Source of the DNA: Spirochaetia bacterium
Lineage (GTDB): Bacteria; Spirochaetota; Spirochaetia; SZUA-6; Bin103
Direction of reading: 5' to 3'
NCBI GenBank assembly: GCA_965199955.1
Contig: CBDATQ010000001.1
Location: 2,293,537 to 2,357,536 of the forward strand
Length of the DNA stretch: 64,000 bases
The notes under the pieces were generated by a model. It did not search any database. It worked only from the letters and a program-made list of their open reading frames with translations, and was not told the origin of the DNA. The position numbers were made by a program, and so were the translations under genes. How positions within the stretch are numbered: position 1 is the stretch's first letter; the number at the start of each line of letters is the position of its first letter. Of this stretch, positions 1 to 9,644 are shown piece after piece.

Positions 1-451
1 GGGCGTGGTGATGGTCGTGGTAGGCGCGAACGTGCTGATCACGGCGGTCGAGGAGTTGGCGACCCGCCTGCAGATTCCCGACGCGATCATCGCCGCCACG
101 CTGGTGGCGTTTGGCACGTCACTGCCGGAGCTGGTGACCGCGGTCACGGCCGTGCGCAGAGGACACGGCGAGCTTGCCATCGGCAACGTGCTCGGCGCCG
201 ACGTGCTCAATGTGCTGTTCGTGAGCGGCGCCGCCGCCGCGGTGACGACGGGCGGACTGGCCGTGCCGCCGCAATTCTTCTACCTGTTCTTCCCGTCGAT
301 GCTGTTCGTGGTGCTGGTGCTGCGGTTCGGCATCAGCCGCACCGGGACGGGCCAGTTCAGCAAGGCGTTCGGCTTCGCGCTGCTCGGCGCCTATCTGGTG
401 ACCGTCCTGCTAGGCTACGTGGTTCCGGGCGGCGGCAGCTTGCACGGCTGA
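1..451 (+). CDS. Ca2+/Na+ antiporter (CaCA/YrbG family), 3' part, 5'-truncated by window edge
   Basis: Hydrophobic ORF with alpha-repeat motifs GTSLPEL and GNVLGADVLN. Confidence 0.85.
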   Translation, partial: GVVMVVVGANVLITAVEELATRLQIPDAIIAATLVAFGTSLPELVTAVTAVRRGHGELAIGNVLGADVLNVLFVSGAAAAVTTGGLAVPPQFFYLFFPSMLFVVLVLRFGISRTGTGQFSKAFGFALLGAYLVTVLLGYVVPGGGSLHG

Positions 452-493
452 TCTCAGAGGCCCCACGGAACCCCGAAGGAGTCCGCCCGCACC

Positions 494-1224
494 ATGCAGA
501 CTCGGCGGTCGCCGGACCAGCGATATCCGTGCGGCACACCAGCCTCGCCGGGACCGGGCCGTCCCAACATCCTGTGGATAACGACCGATCAGCAGCGCCA
601 CGACACGGTGGGCGCGCTCGGGCATGCCCACGCTCACGCTCCGTGCCTGGACCGCCTCGTGCGGGACGGCTTCGTCCGCTACTGTTCGCGGCCGGACCGG
701 CAGGCAGAGGACGGCAGCTCCTATCACGCCTGGCTGCGAGAGCACGGGCACGACCCTTCGGCGCTGCTCGGCCGGGCGGCCGACCGGAAGCACGGAATCA
801 CCCAGTTTCTGCCGCCGGCGCCCACGGCGGACAATGTGCCGGTCGAGCTGCACCACTCCACGTGGTGCGCCGAGTCGGCAATCGAGTTCATCCGCCGGCC
901 GCACGCGCGGCCGTGGCTGCTGAACCTCAACATCTTCGATCCCCATCCGCCCTACGATCCGCCGTGGGAGTACTACCGGCGTTTCGACGCGGATGCTCTG
1001 CCCGATCCTCCGTTCAGGCCGACGGACCTCGCCACCCGGCCCGGACTGGCAGGGGTCGAGTTCCAGAGCGTGGCACGGCATCCGGACGAGGACGGCATCC
1101 GCAGCCTGCGCGCCGCCTACCTGGCAACGATCGAGCTGGCCGACGCGCGCTGGAGGAGAGCTTCGCGTCGACCGTCCTGGGCGGCGATCCGGGCCCGCCC
1201 CTGATGGAGGACCCGTGGTCATAA
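494..1224 (+). pseudogene. Sulfatase (choline-sulfatase-like) pseudogene with internal deletions
   Basis: N-terminal RPNILWITTDQQRHD and core FDPHPPYDPP present. CxPxR motif and SDHG segment absent. A probable C-terminal tail (LEESFASTVLGGDPGP) lies in another frame ending at 1224. Confidence 0.75.
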
Positions 1225-1239
1225 GCCCACTGACCTCGC

Positions 1240-1382
1240 GGACGCCGGAGCTCGGATGCCGGTCGCTCGGCGTCCTGCACGTCGCCGCGGCCGGCCTGCT
1301 CGGCGTCGACCTGTTCGTGACCGGTGACGGCAGGCAGGCGGCCCTGGGAAGAGGCGAGGGCCTGCCGGTGAGGCTCGTATGA
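1240..1382 (+). pseudogene. PIN-domain (VapC-like) toxin C-terminal remnant
   Basis: Translation CRSLGVLHVAAAGLLGVDLFVTGDGRQAALGRGEGL matches the PIN C-terminal pattern (RxLDxLHxAxA...FVTxDxRQ); no N-terminus or start codon. Confidence 0.6.
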
Positions 1383-1445
1383 CTCCGTCCCGGCGGCAGT
1401 ATCCATGCCAGTCAGAGCACGTGGCTCCGCCCTGAACACGAACCG

Positions 1446-2930
1446 ATGAAGCGGGTAGTGGTGATCGGCGCGGGCTTCGGCGGGCTGGCGGCCGCGGCGC
1501 TGCTGGCCAGGGACGGGTTCGACGTGACCGTCCTGGAGCGCAACGGGCAGCCCGGCGGCCGGGCCATGCTCCATCGCGAAGGCGGCTTCTCGTTCGACAT
1601 GGGCCCGTCCTGGTACCTGCTGCCGGACGTGTTCGAGCGGTTCTTCGCCCGCTTCGGCAGCGTGCCGACCGATTACTACGGCCTGACGCGGCTGGATCCG
1701 GCCTACCGGGTGTTCTTCGGCGACGGGGCGCCCACCGACGTGTCCGCCGACCTGGAACGCAACCTGGCGCTGTTCGAGCGCGTCGAACGGGGCGGCGCGG
1801 ACGCGCTCCGCGGTTACCTGGCGCGCTCGGAGTACCAGTACCGGGTGGCCATGGAACGCTTCGTGTACCGCGACTATCGCGGCGTGGGGGATGTCCTGGA
1901 CCGGGAGCTGCTGCTCCACGGCATGCGCCTGCGGCTGTTCGGCCGCATGGACCGGCTGGTGGCGCGGGCGTTCCGGGACGACCGGCTGCGCAAGCTGTTG
2001 ACCTACAACCTGGTCTTCCTGGGCTGCTCGCCGAGCCGCGCGCCGGCGCTGTACGCGCTGATGGCGCACGCCGACTTCAACCTGGGCGTGTGGTATCCGG
2101 AGGGCGGCATGAACGGCGTGGCGCGCGGCCTGTACCGCCTGGCGCAACGCCAGGGAGCCCGGTTCGTCTTCGACTCGCCGGTCACCGGCATCAGGCTCGC
2201 CGGGCAGCGGGCAACCGCCGTCGACTCGGCCTCCGGGAGCTACCCCGCGGACGTGGTGCTGGCCAACGCCGACTACCACCACGTCGAGCAGGCGCTGCTG
2301 CCGTCCGCGGCGCGCAGCTACTCCACACGCTACTGGGCCCGTCGCGTGGTGGCGCCGTCGGCGTGTATCGTCTACCTCGGCTTGGACAGGCGGGTGCCGG
2401 CGCTGGCTCACCACAACCTGCTGCTGCAGCACGGGTGGGACGAGCACTTCCGGAGCATCTTCGACCGGCCCGCGTGGCCGGTGCGTCCCGCGCTGTACGT
2501 CTGCAGGCCGTCGCTGACCGATCCCGCGGTGGCGCCGGAAGGGAGCGAAAACCTGTTCCTGATGATGCCGGCGGCGGCCGGGCTGCGGGACGACGACGAC
2601 GCGCGCGAGCGCTGCCGGCGGCTGATGCTGCTCGCGCTGGAGACGACGATCGGGGAGGGGATCGAGGACTCGATCCGCGTCTGCCGGCTGTTCACCCACC
2701 GCGACTTCACCGCCACCTTCAACGCCTTCCGCGGCACCGCCCTGGGACTGGCGCACACGCTGCGGCAGACCGCCTTTCTGCGCCCGGCGCTGCAAAGCAG
2801 ACGGGTCGGCAACCTGTTCTTCGCCGGCCAGTACACGACGCCCGGCATCGGCGTGCCGATGACGCTGATCGCCTCCACCATCGCGCGCGACCGCATCGTG
2901 GCGGCGGCCGCACGGCACAACGATGCCTGA
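1446..2930 (+). CDS. crtI: Phytoene desaturase (CrtI family)
   Basis: GAGFGG FAD motif, FDMGPSWYLLP, C-terminal GQYTTPGIGVPM; overlaps crtB start. Confidence 0.9.
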   Translation: MKRVVVIGAGFGGLAAAALLARDGFDVTVLERNGQPGGRAMLHREGGFSFDMGPSWYLLPDVFERFFARFGSVPTDYYGLTRLDPAYRVFFGDGAPTDVSADLERNLALFERVERGGADALRGYLARSEYQYRVAMERFVYRDYRGVGDVLDRELLLHGMRLRLFGRMDRLVARAFRDDRLRKLLTYNLVFLGCSPSRAPALYALMAHADFNLGVWYPEGGMNGVARGLYRLAQRQGARFVFDSPVTGIRLAGQRATAVDSASGSYPADVVLANADYHHVEQALLPSAARSYSTRYWARRVVAPSACIVYLGLDRRVPALAHHNLLLQHGWDEHFRSIFDRPAWPVRPALYVCRPSLTDPAVAPEGSENLFLMMPAAAGLRDDDDARERCRRLMLLALETTIGEGIEDSIRVCRLFTHRDFTATFNAFRGTALGLAHTLRQTAFLRPALQSRRVGNLFFAGQYTTPGIGVPMTLIASTIARDRIVAAAARHNDA

Positions 2931-3762
2931 CCGCCGCCTCACCCGCATCTTCCGCCGCGGCAGCAGGACCTACTTCTTCTCCAGCGTCGCCTTCCCGCAG
3001 ACGCTGCGCGACGACGTATTCGCGCTCTATGCCTTCGTGCGCACCGCCGACAACTTCGTCGACCAGCCGCCCGGCCGGCAGGACGCCGCGGGCTTCGACC
3101 GCTTCCGGGAGCGTTACGGGTCGGCGGCCGCCGGCAGCGCGGACGGCGACCCCGTCATCGACTCCTTCGTCGAGCTGGCGGTCCGCAAGCGATTCCGCGA
3201 CGAGTGGGCGGAGGCGTTCCTGGACGCGATGGCTCAGGATCTGCGCCAGACCGACTACCGGACCGTCGACGACACCGTGGCCTACATGTACGGAAGCGCG
3301 GAGGTGATCGGGCTGATGATGGCGGCCATCATGGAGCTGCCGCAGGAGGCGTACGCACCGGCGCGGATGCTCGGACGCGCCATGCAGTACATCAACTTCA
3401 TCCGGGACATCGCCGAGGACCTGGAGCTCGGCCGCACCTACCTGCCGGCCACGGAGCTGGCCGCCGCCGGACTGCGCAGCCTGGACCCGGAAGAGGCGCA
3501 CCGCGACGTGCCGGCGTTCCGTCGCTTCGTGCGCGCCGAGATCGACCGCTACCTGGGCTGGCAGCGAGCCGCCGATGCCAGCTTCCACTTCATCCCGCGC
3601 CGTCCGCGGGTGGCGATCCGCACCGCGTCCGACATGTACCGCTGGACCGCGGATCGCATCCGCGAGGACCCGCTGGTGGTGTACCGGCGCAAGGTCCGGC
3701 CGTCGGCGGCCCGCATCCTGGCGACCATCGCCGCGAGTGCGTTGGGCAGCGGGCGTCGATAG
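2923..3762 (+). CDS. crtB: Phytoene synthase
   Basis: SRTYFFSS, FVRTADNFVD (DxxxD), YMYGSAEVIG, QYINFIRDIAED (NxxxD). Confidence 0.9.
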   Translation: MPDRRLTRIFRRGSRTYFFSSVAFPQTLRDDVFALYAFVRTADNFVDQPPGRQDAAGFDRFRERYGSAAAGSADGDPVIDSFVELAVRKRFRDEWAEAFLDAMAQDLRQTDYRTVDDTVAYMYGSAEVIGLMMAAIMELPQEAYAPARMLGRAMQYINFIRDIAEDLELGRTYLPATELAAAGLRSLDPEEAHRDVPAFRRFVRAEIDRYLGWQRAADASFHFIPRRPRVAIRTASDMYRWTADRIREDPLVVYRRKVRPSAARILATIAASALGSGRR

Positions 3763-3809
3763 ACACGTTGCCGGCGACAGAGAAACGGCCGACATTCCCG
3801 GTAGAACCT

Positions 3810-4880
3810 ATGTACATCAAGGAAGGTAGTCCCGCCCGAACGACGACACCTGCTCCGGCATACCGGGCGTTGGCCGCGGGCGTCCTGTTCAGCGTCGCCT
3901 ACACGGCCGTCATCTGGCTGCTCGCGGGCCGGCTGGCCGACATCCCGCACGCCGAGGACGCCGGCGCGTCATGGTACTACTGGAAGCTCATCGACCCCAC
4001 GCTGGCCAGCAGATTGACCGCCTGGGGGTTTTACCTGTTGCACCAGGTAGCGTTCTGGGCGGTGATCTTCTACGCCCAGCGCACGATCGGGCGCGGCACG
4101 CCGCGCTACAGCGGCTCCCTGCGCCTGGCCAACGGTTTGGCCCTGGGGGTCAACGGCTTCTTCATCGCCCTGCGCGTGGTTCAGACGCACCTCTGGTACG
4201 ACGGCCTTGCGCAGGACGTCTCCATCTGGAGCTCGCTGGGATCGGTCGCGCTCATGCTGGTCTGGGTGCTGCTGATGGAGAACCCGCGGCGCGGCCTGTT
4301 CTTCGGGAAGACGATCGGCTTCCCCAAGCGGGTCATCTCCGTGGCGCGGCGCTACCACGGCTACTACTTCGCCTGGGCCACCGTCTACACGCTCTGGTAC
4401 CACCCGACGGAGGCCACCAGCGGCCACCTCATCGGCTTCCTGTACATGTTCCTGCTGCTGCTGCAGGGCAGCCTGTTCTTCACCCGCGCGCACTTGAACC
4501 GGTGGTGGACGCTGTTCCTTGAGGTGTCGGTGCTGGCGCACGGGACGCTGGTGGCGATCATGCAGGGCGAGGGCATGTGGCCGATGTTCGCCTTCGGCTT
4601 CGGCGGGATCTTCGTGATCACTCAGATGCACGGGCTCCGCTGGCCACGCTGGGTGCGTGGGCTGGTGCTGGCCGCCTACGTCGCGGGCGTCCTGGCCGTG
4701 TACGGCGCGTTGGGCTGGGAACGGCTCGCCGAGGTGGTACGCATCCCGTTCATCGACTACGCGGCGGTGTTCGCGCTGGCCGGCCTGATCGGCGGCGTGC
4801 TGGGCGTGATCCGTCTGATCCGGCCCACGGCGGGAGAGGGCACGACCGCGGTTCCGAGCCGCGAGCGGCAGAGTGCCTGA
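3810..4880 (+). CDS. Multi-pass His-rich membrane protein of unknown function
   Basis: About 356 aa from ATG 3810, many hydrophobic segments, motifs QTHLWYDGLAQDV, ENPRRGLFFG, RYHGYYFAW. Confidence 0.75.
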   Translation: MYIKEGSPARTTTPAPAYRALAAGVLFSVAYTAVIWLLAGRLADIPHAEDAGASWYYWKLIDPTLASRLTAWGFYLLHQVAFWAVIFYAQRTIGRGTPRYSGSLRLANGLALGVNGFFIALRVVQTHLWYDGLAQDVSIWSSLGSVALMLVWVLLMENPRRGLFFGKTIGFPKRVISVARRYHGYYFAWATVYTLWYHPTEATSGHLIGFLYMFLLLLQGSLFFTRAHLNRWWTLFLEVSVLAHGTLVAIMQGEGMWPMFAFGFGGIFVITQMHGLRWPRWVRGLVLAAYVAGVLAVYGALGWERLAEVVRIPFIDYAAVFALAGLIGGVLGVIRLIRPTAGEGTTAVPSRERQSA

Positions 4881-4941
4881 TGCACACGGTGCCTGAGGCA
4901 GCACACTGCCTGATGGGCACCTCCCGCTGACGGATGCCGAT

Positions 4942-5286
4942 TGGAGGTGGCGGGAATCGAACCCGCGTCCTGAAAGGCACCGCGCAGGCTTCTACAGGTT
5001 TGTCCGGCGCTTCATTGTCGATGTGGACGTGAGGCCGCCGGCGGCCGCGTCCCATCCAATCCAGCTGTAGTGTTCCCGACGGCCCGCGGGCCTGCCGTCA
5101 GGTGAGCCCTGATTTGCAACAGGGTGGCGGTCGCTCAGAGCTGCGCTCCCGAAACCCCGTGGCTGCTACTTTAGGCAGCCAGTGCCAGGTTGTTGTTGGC
5201 AGTTAAAAAAGGTGCCATGTTTTAGGAGAATGGCTCTCCACCTGCAACCTGCGAGACGTTCTTCCAGTCGAGCCCTGTTCACCCCC
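4942..5286 (-). ncRNA. ssrA: tmRNA; tag peptide (A)ANNNLALAA
   Basis: 5' GGGGGTG pairs with 3' CACCTCCA (G3-U wobble), T-arm GGGTTCGATTCCC, tag ORF 5200-5171, directly downstream of smpB; CCA not encoded. Confidence 0.97.
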
Positions 5287-5321
5287 GTGGAGGCTGTTCA
5301 CCCCCGTCGTGCGCCGCTTCG

Positions 5322-5786
5322 TCACCGGCGAGTTCGCAGCGCCCGCTGCGCCTCGCGCTCGTCGTCCCGGCGCCGTATGTCTTGGCGCTTGTCCACGTCG
5401 CGCTTGCCCCGGCACAGGGCCAGCTCGACCTTGACCAAGCCACGCACAGTATAGAAGCGCAGCGGGACCAGGGTCAATCCACGTTCGGACACGCGCCGGC
5501 GGAGAGCGATGATCTCCTTCTTGTGGGCGAGCAGCCGGCGCGGACGATCCGGCTCGTGGTTGTAGCGGTTGCCGTGCTCGTAGTGCGAGATGTGCAGTCC
5601 ATGCAGCCACAGCTCGCCGTTCTCCACGCGCCCGTGCGCGTCCGCGAAGGCGAACCGCCCGGCGCGCATCGACTTGACCTCGGTGCCGGAAAGGACCACG
5701 CCCACCTCCAGCCGCTCGACAGGTTGGTACCGGTGCAATGCACGCCGGTTGGTCGCCAGCGTGCGCGGGCCGGCCTGCTCAGCCAT
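5322..5786 (-). CDS. smpB: SsrA-binding protein
   Basis: NRRALHRY, GVVLSGTEVKSMR, RRLLAHKKEI, GKRDVDKR. Confidence 0.97.
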   Translation of the reverse strand: MAEQAGPRTLATNRRALHRYQPVERLEVGVVLSGTEVKSMRAGRFAFADAHGRVENGELWLHGLHISHYEHGNRYNHEPDRPRRLLAHKKEIIALRRRVSERGLTLVPLRFYTVRGLVKVELALCRGKRDVDKRQDIRRRDDEREAQRALRTRR

Positions 5787-7464
5787 CGGGCGCTTCCGGC
5801 AGGGCGATGACGACCCGAAACCCCAGGTACGGGGTCGCCCACGCCGGCTCCTGCGCTCCGCGCGAGTAGACGCGGATCAGGTCACGCTCGCTCGCCCAGG
5901 AGCCGCCGCGTACGACCCGCTCGGCGCCGGCGCGCGGCTGTCCGGCGAACGGCTGCACCGGATCGTCCCCCGTCCATAGCAGATAGGAGGCCGGCGCGTA
6001 CCACGTGGCCGTCCACTCCCAGACATTGCCGAGCAGGTCGCGAACTCCGTAGCCGTTCGGCTCGGACACCGGGGCGGGGCCGGGCCCGTGGACCTGCGTG
6101 CCACCGACCCGGGTCCGCGCGAGCCGCGCGCCGCCCGTGCCCGAGCCGTTGGGATAGGGCTGGCCCGACAGGCCTCCCCGCGCCGCCCACTCCCACTCGG
6201 TTTCGGTGGGCAGGCGCACGATCATGTCGCCGTACGGCCAGGCGCCATCCGACGAAACGCGCGCGGCGAGCCAGGCAGCGAACGCGGCCGCAGCATGGTG
6301 GGACACGTGCGTGACCGGTTGATCGAGGGTTCCGGGCGCCGGAATTCCGTCGGACCACGATGCCAGATAGGTCGGTTCGGCCAGCCCTTCTCTCACCAGC
6401 CCGGAGGCAGCCTGCGGCGACCAGCGCGGCACGTCGGCCACGAACCGTACGAACTGACGGTTGGTGATCTCGGTCTCCGCCATCAGGAACGGCGCGACCG
6501 CGCGCAGGTGCGGCTGATGATCGTGCGCGGCGTCCGCGCGCACGCCGCGGTCCACGTCATCCCCCATGAGCAGCGTCCCGCCGGGGATCGGCCGGAAGCG
6601 TATGCCGCCGATCGTCACGGCGTCCTGCGACGCCGCCGGATCGGGGGAAAGGTGGGAGGCAACGGCACGCCGGTAGCGCTCACCACGCTCGTGGTACCAG
6701 CGCTGCGACGCCACACGCGGCCTGAGATCACTCGGAACGGCGGCGGCGAGCCACAGCGGCAGGCCCGTATAGTCGCGATCCAGTTGCAACAACCGGTCGA
6801 ACAGGCCGCGAGCGGCCTGTGGCGTCACCGGCCCGCCGCCGGCGGCGGTGGTTGCCGCGGCGCGCACCAGCGCACCGAGCGCCTGACGGCGGTCCACGAA
6901 CGGCACGACGTCCCGCAGAAATGCGTATTGAGCGGACGGTTCGGCTCGCGCCAGGGCGCGTCCCGCGTCCTCGATGATTCCGGTCACGTGCAATGCGCCG
7001 CCGAACTCCGCGACGCTTCGACGCGCCACGCCGGCCGCGTCCACCAGCTCCAGGTCGGCGTGAGCGGACGCGCGGTTGCGAACGATCAACGTGCCGATGA
7101 CTCGCGGCGCCACGTCGACCTGCAGCCGTGCCGCGGCGAATCCAGCGCGCGTGAGCTCCAGGTCGTGCATCCCCGGACCGGCCTTCACCGACAGCGGCGT
7201 GGTGCCCACGAACCGGCCGTCCAACCACACGGTCACGTTCGGCGGAGTGGCGGTGACCGCGATACGGCCGCCGGGAGCGCGCAGTCCGGGATACGCCAGC
7301 ACCAGGAACAGCGCCAGCAGCAGGATCAGCGCGTAGATGCCGGTGAGGTACGTGCCGGGCGACATCCCCAGGAGCCGGCGCAGGCGGACCTGGGATGCGC
7401 GTTCGAGGTCCGCGGCCTCGGGCGCTGCGGCGCGCGCGGCCGGCGGCCGCCGGTCTCGTTTCAT
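5779..7464 (-). CDS. Membrane-anchored PEGA + FGE-sulfatase (SUMF1-fold) domain protein
   Basis: N-terminal TM helix, PEGA-like VWLDGRFVGTTP, FGE motifs RLPTETEWEWAARGG, GNVWEW, RGGSW, GFR; catalytic Cys pair absent. Confidence 0.85.
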   Translation of the reverse strand: MKRDRRPPAARAAAPEAADLERASQVRLRRLLGMSPGTYLTGIYALILLLALFLVLAYPGLRAPGGRIAVTATPPNVTVWLDGRFVGTTPLSVKAGPGMHDLELTRAGFAAARLQVDVAPRVIGTLIVRNRASAHADLELVDAAGVARRSVAEFGGALHVTGIIEDAGRALARAEPSAQYAFLRDVVPFVDRRQALGALVRAAATTAAGGGPVTPQAARGLFDRLLQLDRDYTGLPLWLAAAVPSDLRPRVASQRWYHERGERYRRAVASHLSPDPAASQDAVTIGGIRFRPIPGGTLLMGDDVDRGVRADAAHDHQPHLRAVAPFLMAETEITNRQFVRFVADVPRWSPQAASGLVREGLAEPTYLASWSDGIPAPGTLDQPVTHVSHHAAAAFAAWLAARVSSDGAWPYGDMIVRLPTETEWEWAARGGLSGQPYPNGSGTGGARLARTRVGGTQVHGPGPAPVSEPNGYGVRDLLGNVWEWTATWYAPASYLLWTGDDPVQPFAGQPRAGAERVVRGGSWASERDLIRVYSRGAQEPAWATPYLGFRVVIALPEAPDG

Positions 7465-7708
7465 CGTGACTCCGGGCGAACGCCGGGCAGGGCGCGATGA
7501 TCTTCCGGGATACGCGATCTGCGGTACGGAACCGCCCTCATGGGCCACCGTGCGGTTCTTGTGACGTTCACCATCGAGCGGAATGCGCCCTCAGCATGGT
7601 GCGGCGCCGCTCGCGGTGTCAAAGCACGTTGTCGGACGCGGCTTGCCCGCTCTACCGACGGCAAGTAGGCTCGCCGCCGTGGCCGCTGCACAGGCTCGCT
7701 CCGGACGC

Positions 7709-8701
7709 ATGGGCTCCGGGTGGCAGACATGGAGCGCGGCGCTGCAGCGCGGCACCGAGCGGCTGCTCACCGGCCGCCGCCGCAGGAAACTGCGCCGCCG
7801 GGAGCGTCATCGCCGCCGCAATCCCGTGGTCGACTGGCTGGACGCGATCGGCTCGGCGGTGCTCATCGTCCTGGTCATCAACCAGTTCCTGTTTCAGGCC
7901 TACAAGATCCCCTCGCAGTCGATGCGCCCCACCCTGGAGATCAGCGACCGCATCTTCGTGAACAAGCTCGTCTACGGACCCGAGCTGGTGCCGGGGCAGG
8001 TCAAGCTTCCCGGCCCCCGGCGCCCCGGGCGCGGCGAGGTGATCATCTTCGAGAATCCCACCTACGAGCCGATCGGGCCGCTCAAGGACATCTTGAAGCG
8101 CATCATCTACATGCTGACGCTGTCGATGGTCGACATCGACCGCGACCAGTACGGCAACGCCAAGCCTCACATCCTCATCAAGCGCGCGGTCGGCGTGGGC
8201 GGGGACCGCATCCGCCTGCGCCGGGGCGAGGTGCAGGTGCTGCTTCCGGGAGCCGACGGATGGAGCGACGAAGCGACGTTGCAGGCTGCGTTCGGACTCG
8301 ACTACACGACGCGGCGCAGCCCGATCCTGATCGACTACGACATCCTGCAGGCCGGCGTGACGACAGAGACCAGGCTTGAGGGGGGGTTGCCCCTGACCGA
8401 GCAGGAGCGCGTCGACCTGAACCGCTGGAAGCGACGCGACGGGATGGCGGACCCGGTGTTCAGGGACCAGTGGCGGCTGCGCACGAAGGTGGAGATGGAC
8501 CCGACCGACCGCAATTCCGCCCGGCAGTGGCAACTCCGGGAGCGGGGCTGGGTGGTGCCGTCCGGCACGGTGTTTCCGCTCGGCGACAATCGGGACGAGT
8601 CGAGGGACGGCCGCTACTTCGGACCGGTGACGCTCCGGCGGGTGCTCGGCAAGGCGATGTTCCACTACTGGCCGCCGACCCGCTGGGCGGCGATCCGTTA
8701 G
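7709..8701 (+). CDS. lepB: Signal peptidase I
   Basis: IPSQSM (catalytic Ser), IKRAVG (Lys), GDNRDESRDGR; start codon uncertain. Confidence 0.93.
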   Translation: MGSGWQTWSAALQRGTERLLTGRRRRKLRRRERHRRRNPVVDWLDAIGSAVLIVLVINQFLFQAYKIPSQSMRPTLEISDRIFVNKLVYGPELVPGQVKLPGPRRPGRGEVIIFENPTYEPIGPLKDILKRIIYMLTLSMVDIDRDQYGNAKPHILIKRAVGVGGDRIRLRRGEVQVLLPGADGWSDEATLQAAFGLDYTTRRSPILIDYDILQAGVTTETRLEGGLPLTEQERVDLNRWKRRDGMADPVFRDQWRLRTKVEMDPTDRNSARQWQLRERGWVVPSGTVFPLGDNRDESRDGRYFGPVTLRRVLGKAMFHYWPPTRWAAIR

Positions 8702-8803
8702 GAGTCTGTCAGATGTGGCGCGTCAGCGGCATATCCGACGGAGTCCGTAGCGGAAGGTGGGGATGGGCCAATAGCGGAGCCGGAGGCGACGATATTGGGG
8801 CGG
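8702..8803. repeat. ~100-bp dispersed two-hairpin repeat, copy 1
   Basis: About 88% identical by manual alignment to the reverse complement of 23705-23805; flanked by TAG at 8699-8701 and 8804-8806. Confidence 0.9.
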
Positions 8804-8836
8804 TAGCTCGGCCATCGTCTGCAAGCACAGTCCGAT

Positions 8837-8866
8837 TTGACCGGTATCGGCTCCGATTGGTAGCCT
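8837..8866 (+). promoter_or_regulatory. Putative sigma70 promoter for yebC-ruvCAB-queA
   Basis: TTGACC-N18-TAGCCT. Confidence 0.5.
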
Positions 8867-8882
8867 TGGCTCCGGGCAGGGG

Positions 8883-9641
8883 ATGTCAGGACACAGCAAG
8901 TGGCACTCGATACGCCACAAGAAGGGCGCCGCGGACGCGAAGCGCGGCAAGCTCTTCGCCAAGCTCATCAAGGAAGTGACGGTCGCCGCGCGTCTGGGAG
9001 GCTCCGACGAAGACGCGAACCCGCGGCTGCGGCAGGCCGTGCTGAAGGCGCGCGCGGCCAACATGCCCGCCGACAACATCGACCGCGCGATCAAGAAGGG
9101 CGCCGGGGAGGCAGGCGGCAGCGAGTTCCACGAGTTGCTGTACGAGGCGTACGGTCCCGGCGGCGTGGCCATGCTGATCGAGATCCTCACCGACAACCGG
9201 AACCGCAGCGCCGCGGAGGTCCGCAACACCCTGTCCAAGCACGGCGGAAACCTCGGCGACGCAGGCTCCGTGTCCTACCTCTTCAAGCGGCGCGGCGTGG
9301 TGGCCGTCGATGGCGAGCAGCACTCCGAAGACCAGGTGATGGAGGTCGCGATCGAATCCGGTGCTCTCGACGTGATCGCCGACGACGGCATCATCGAAGT
9401 CCTGACCGAACCTGCCGATTTCGACGTCGTGCTGCAGTCGATCCAGACGGCGGAGTTGGCCACGACCGGGGCGGAGATCACTTGGGTGGCCGACGCGCCG
9501 CTGGAGCTGCCGCCGAAGCCGGCAACGGCCGCGGTACGGCTGATCGAGCTGATCGAGGACCTGGACGACGTGCAGTCGGTGGCCAGCAACCTCGAACTCG
9601 GCAACGTCGAGCTCCCGGAGCCCTCACTCGTCGCCGACTGA
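8883..9641 (+). CDS. yebC: YebC/PmpR family protein
   Basis: MSGHSKWHSIRHKK, YEAYGPGG, LTDNRNR. Confidence 0.97.
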   Translation: MSGHSKWHSIRHKKGAADAKRGKLFAKLIKEVTVAARLGGSDEDANPRLRQAVLKARAANMPADNIDRAIKKGAGEAGGSEFHELLYEAYGPGGVAMLIEILTDNRNRSAAEVRNTLSKHGGNLGDAGSVSYLFKRRGVVAVDGEQHSEDQVMEVAIESGALDVIADDGIIEVLTEPADFDVVLQSIQTAELATTGAEITWVADAPLELPPKPATAAVRLIELIEDLDDVQSVASNLELGNVELPEPSLVAD

Positions 9642-9644
9642 GCC

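Noticed and set aside
1..4941. Integrative island at the tmRNA 3' end
   Set aside because: No integrase and no second copy of the ssrA 3' end seen in the window; cannot be excluded beyond the edge.
5779..7464. FGE-domain protein as sulfatase maturase for the nearby sulfatase
   Set aside because: Lacks the catalytic cysteines, is membrane-anchored with a PEGA domain, and the sulfatase is a pseudogene.
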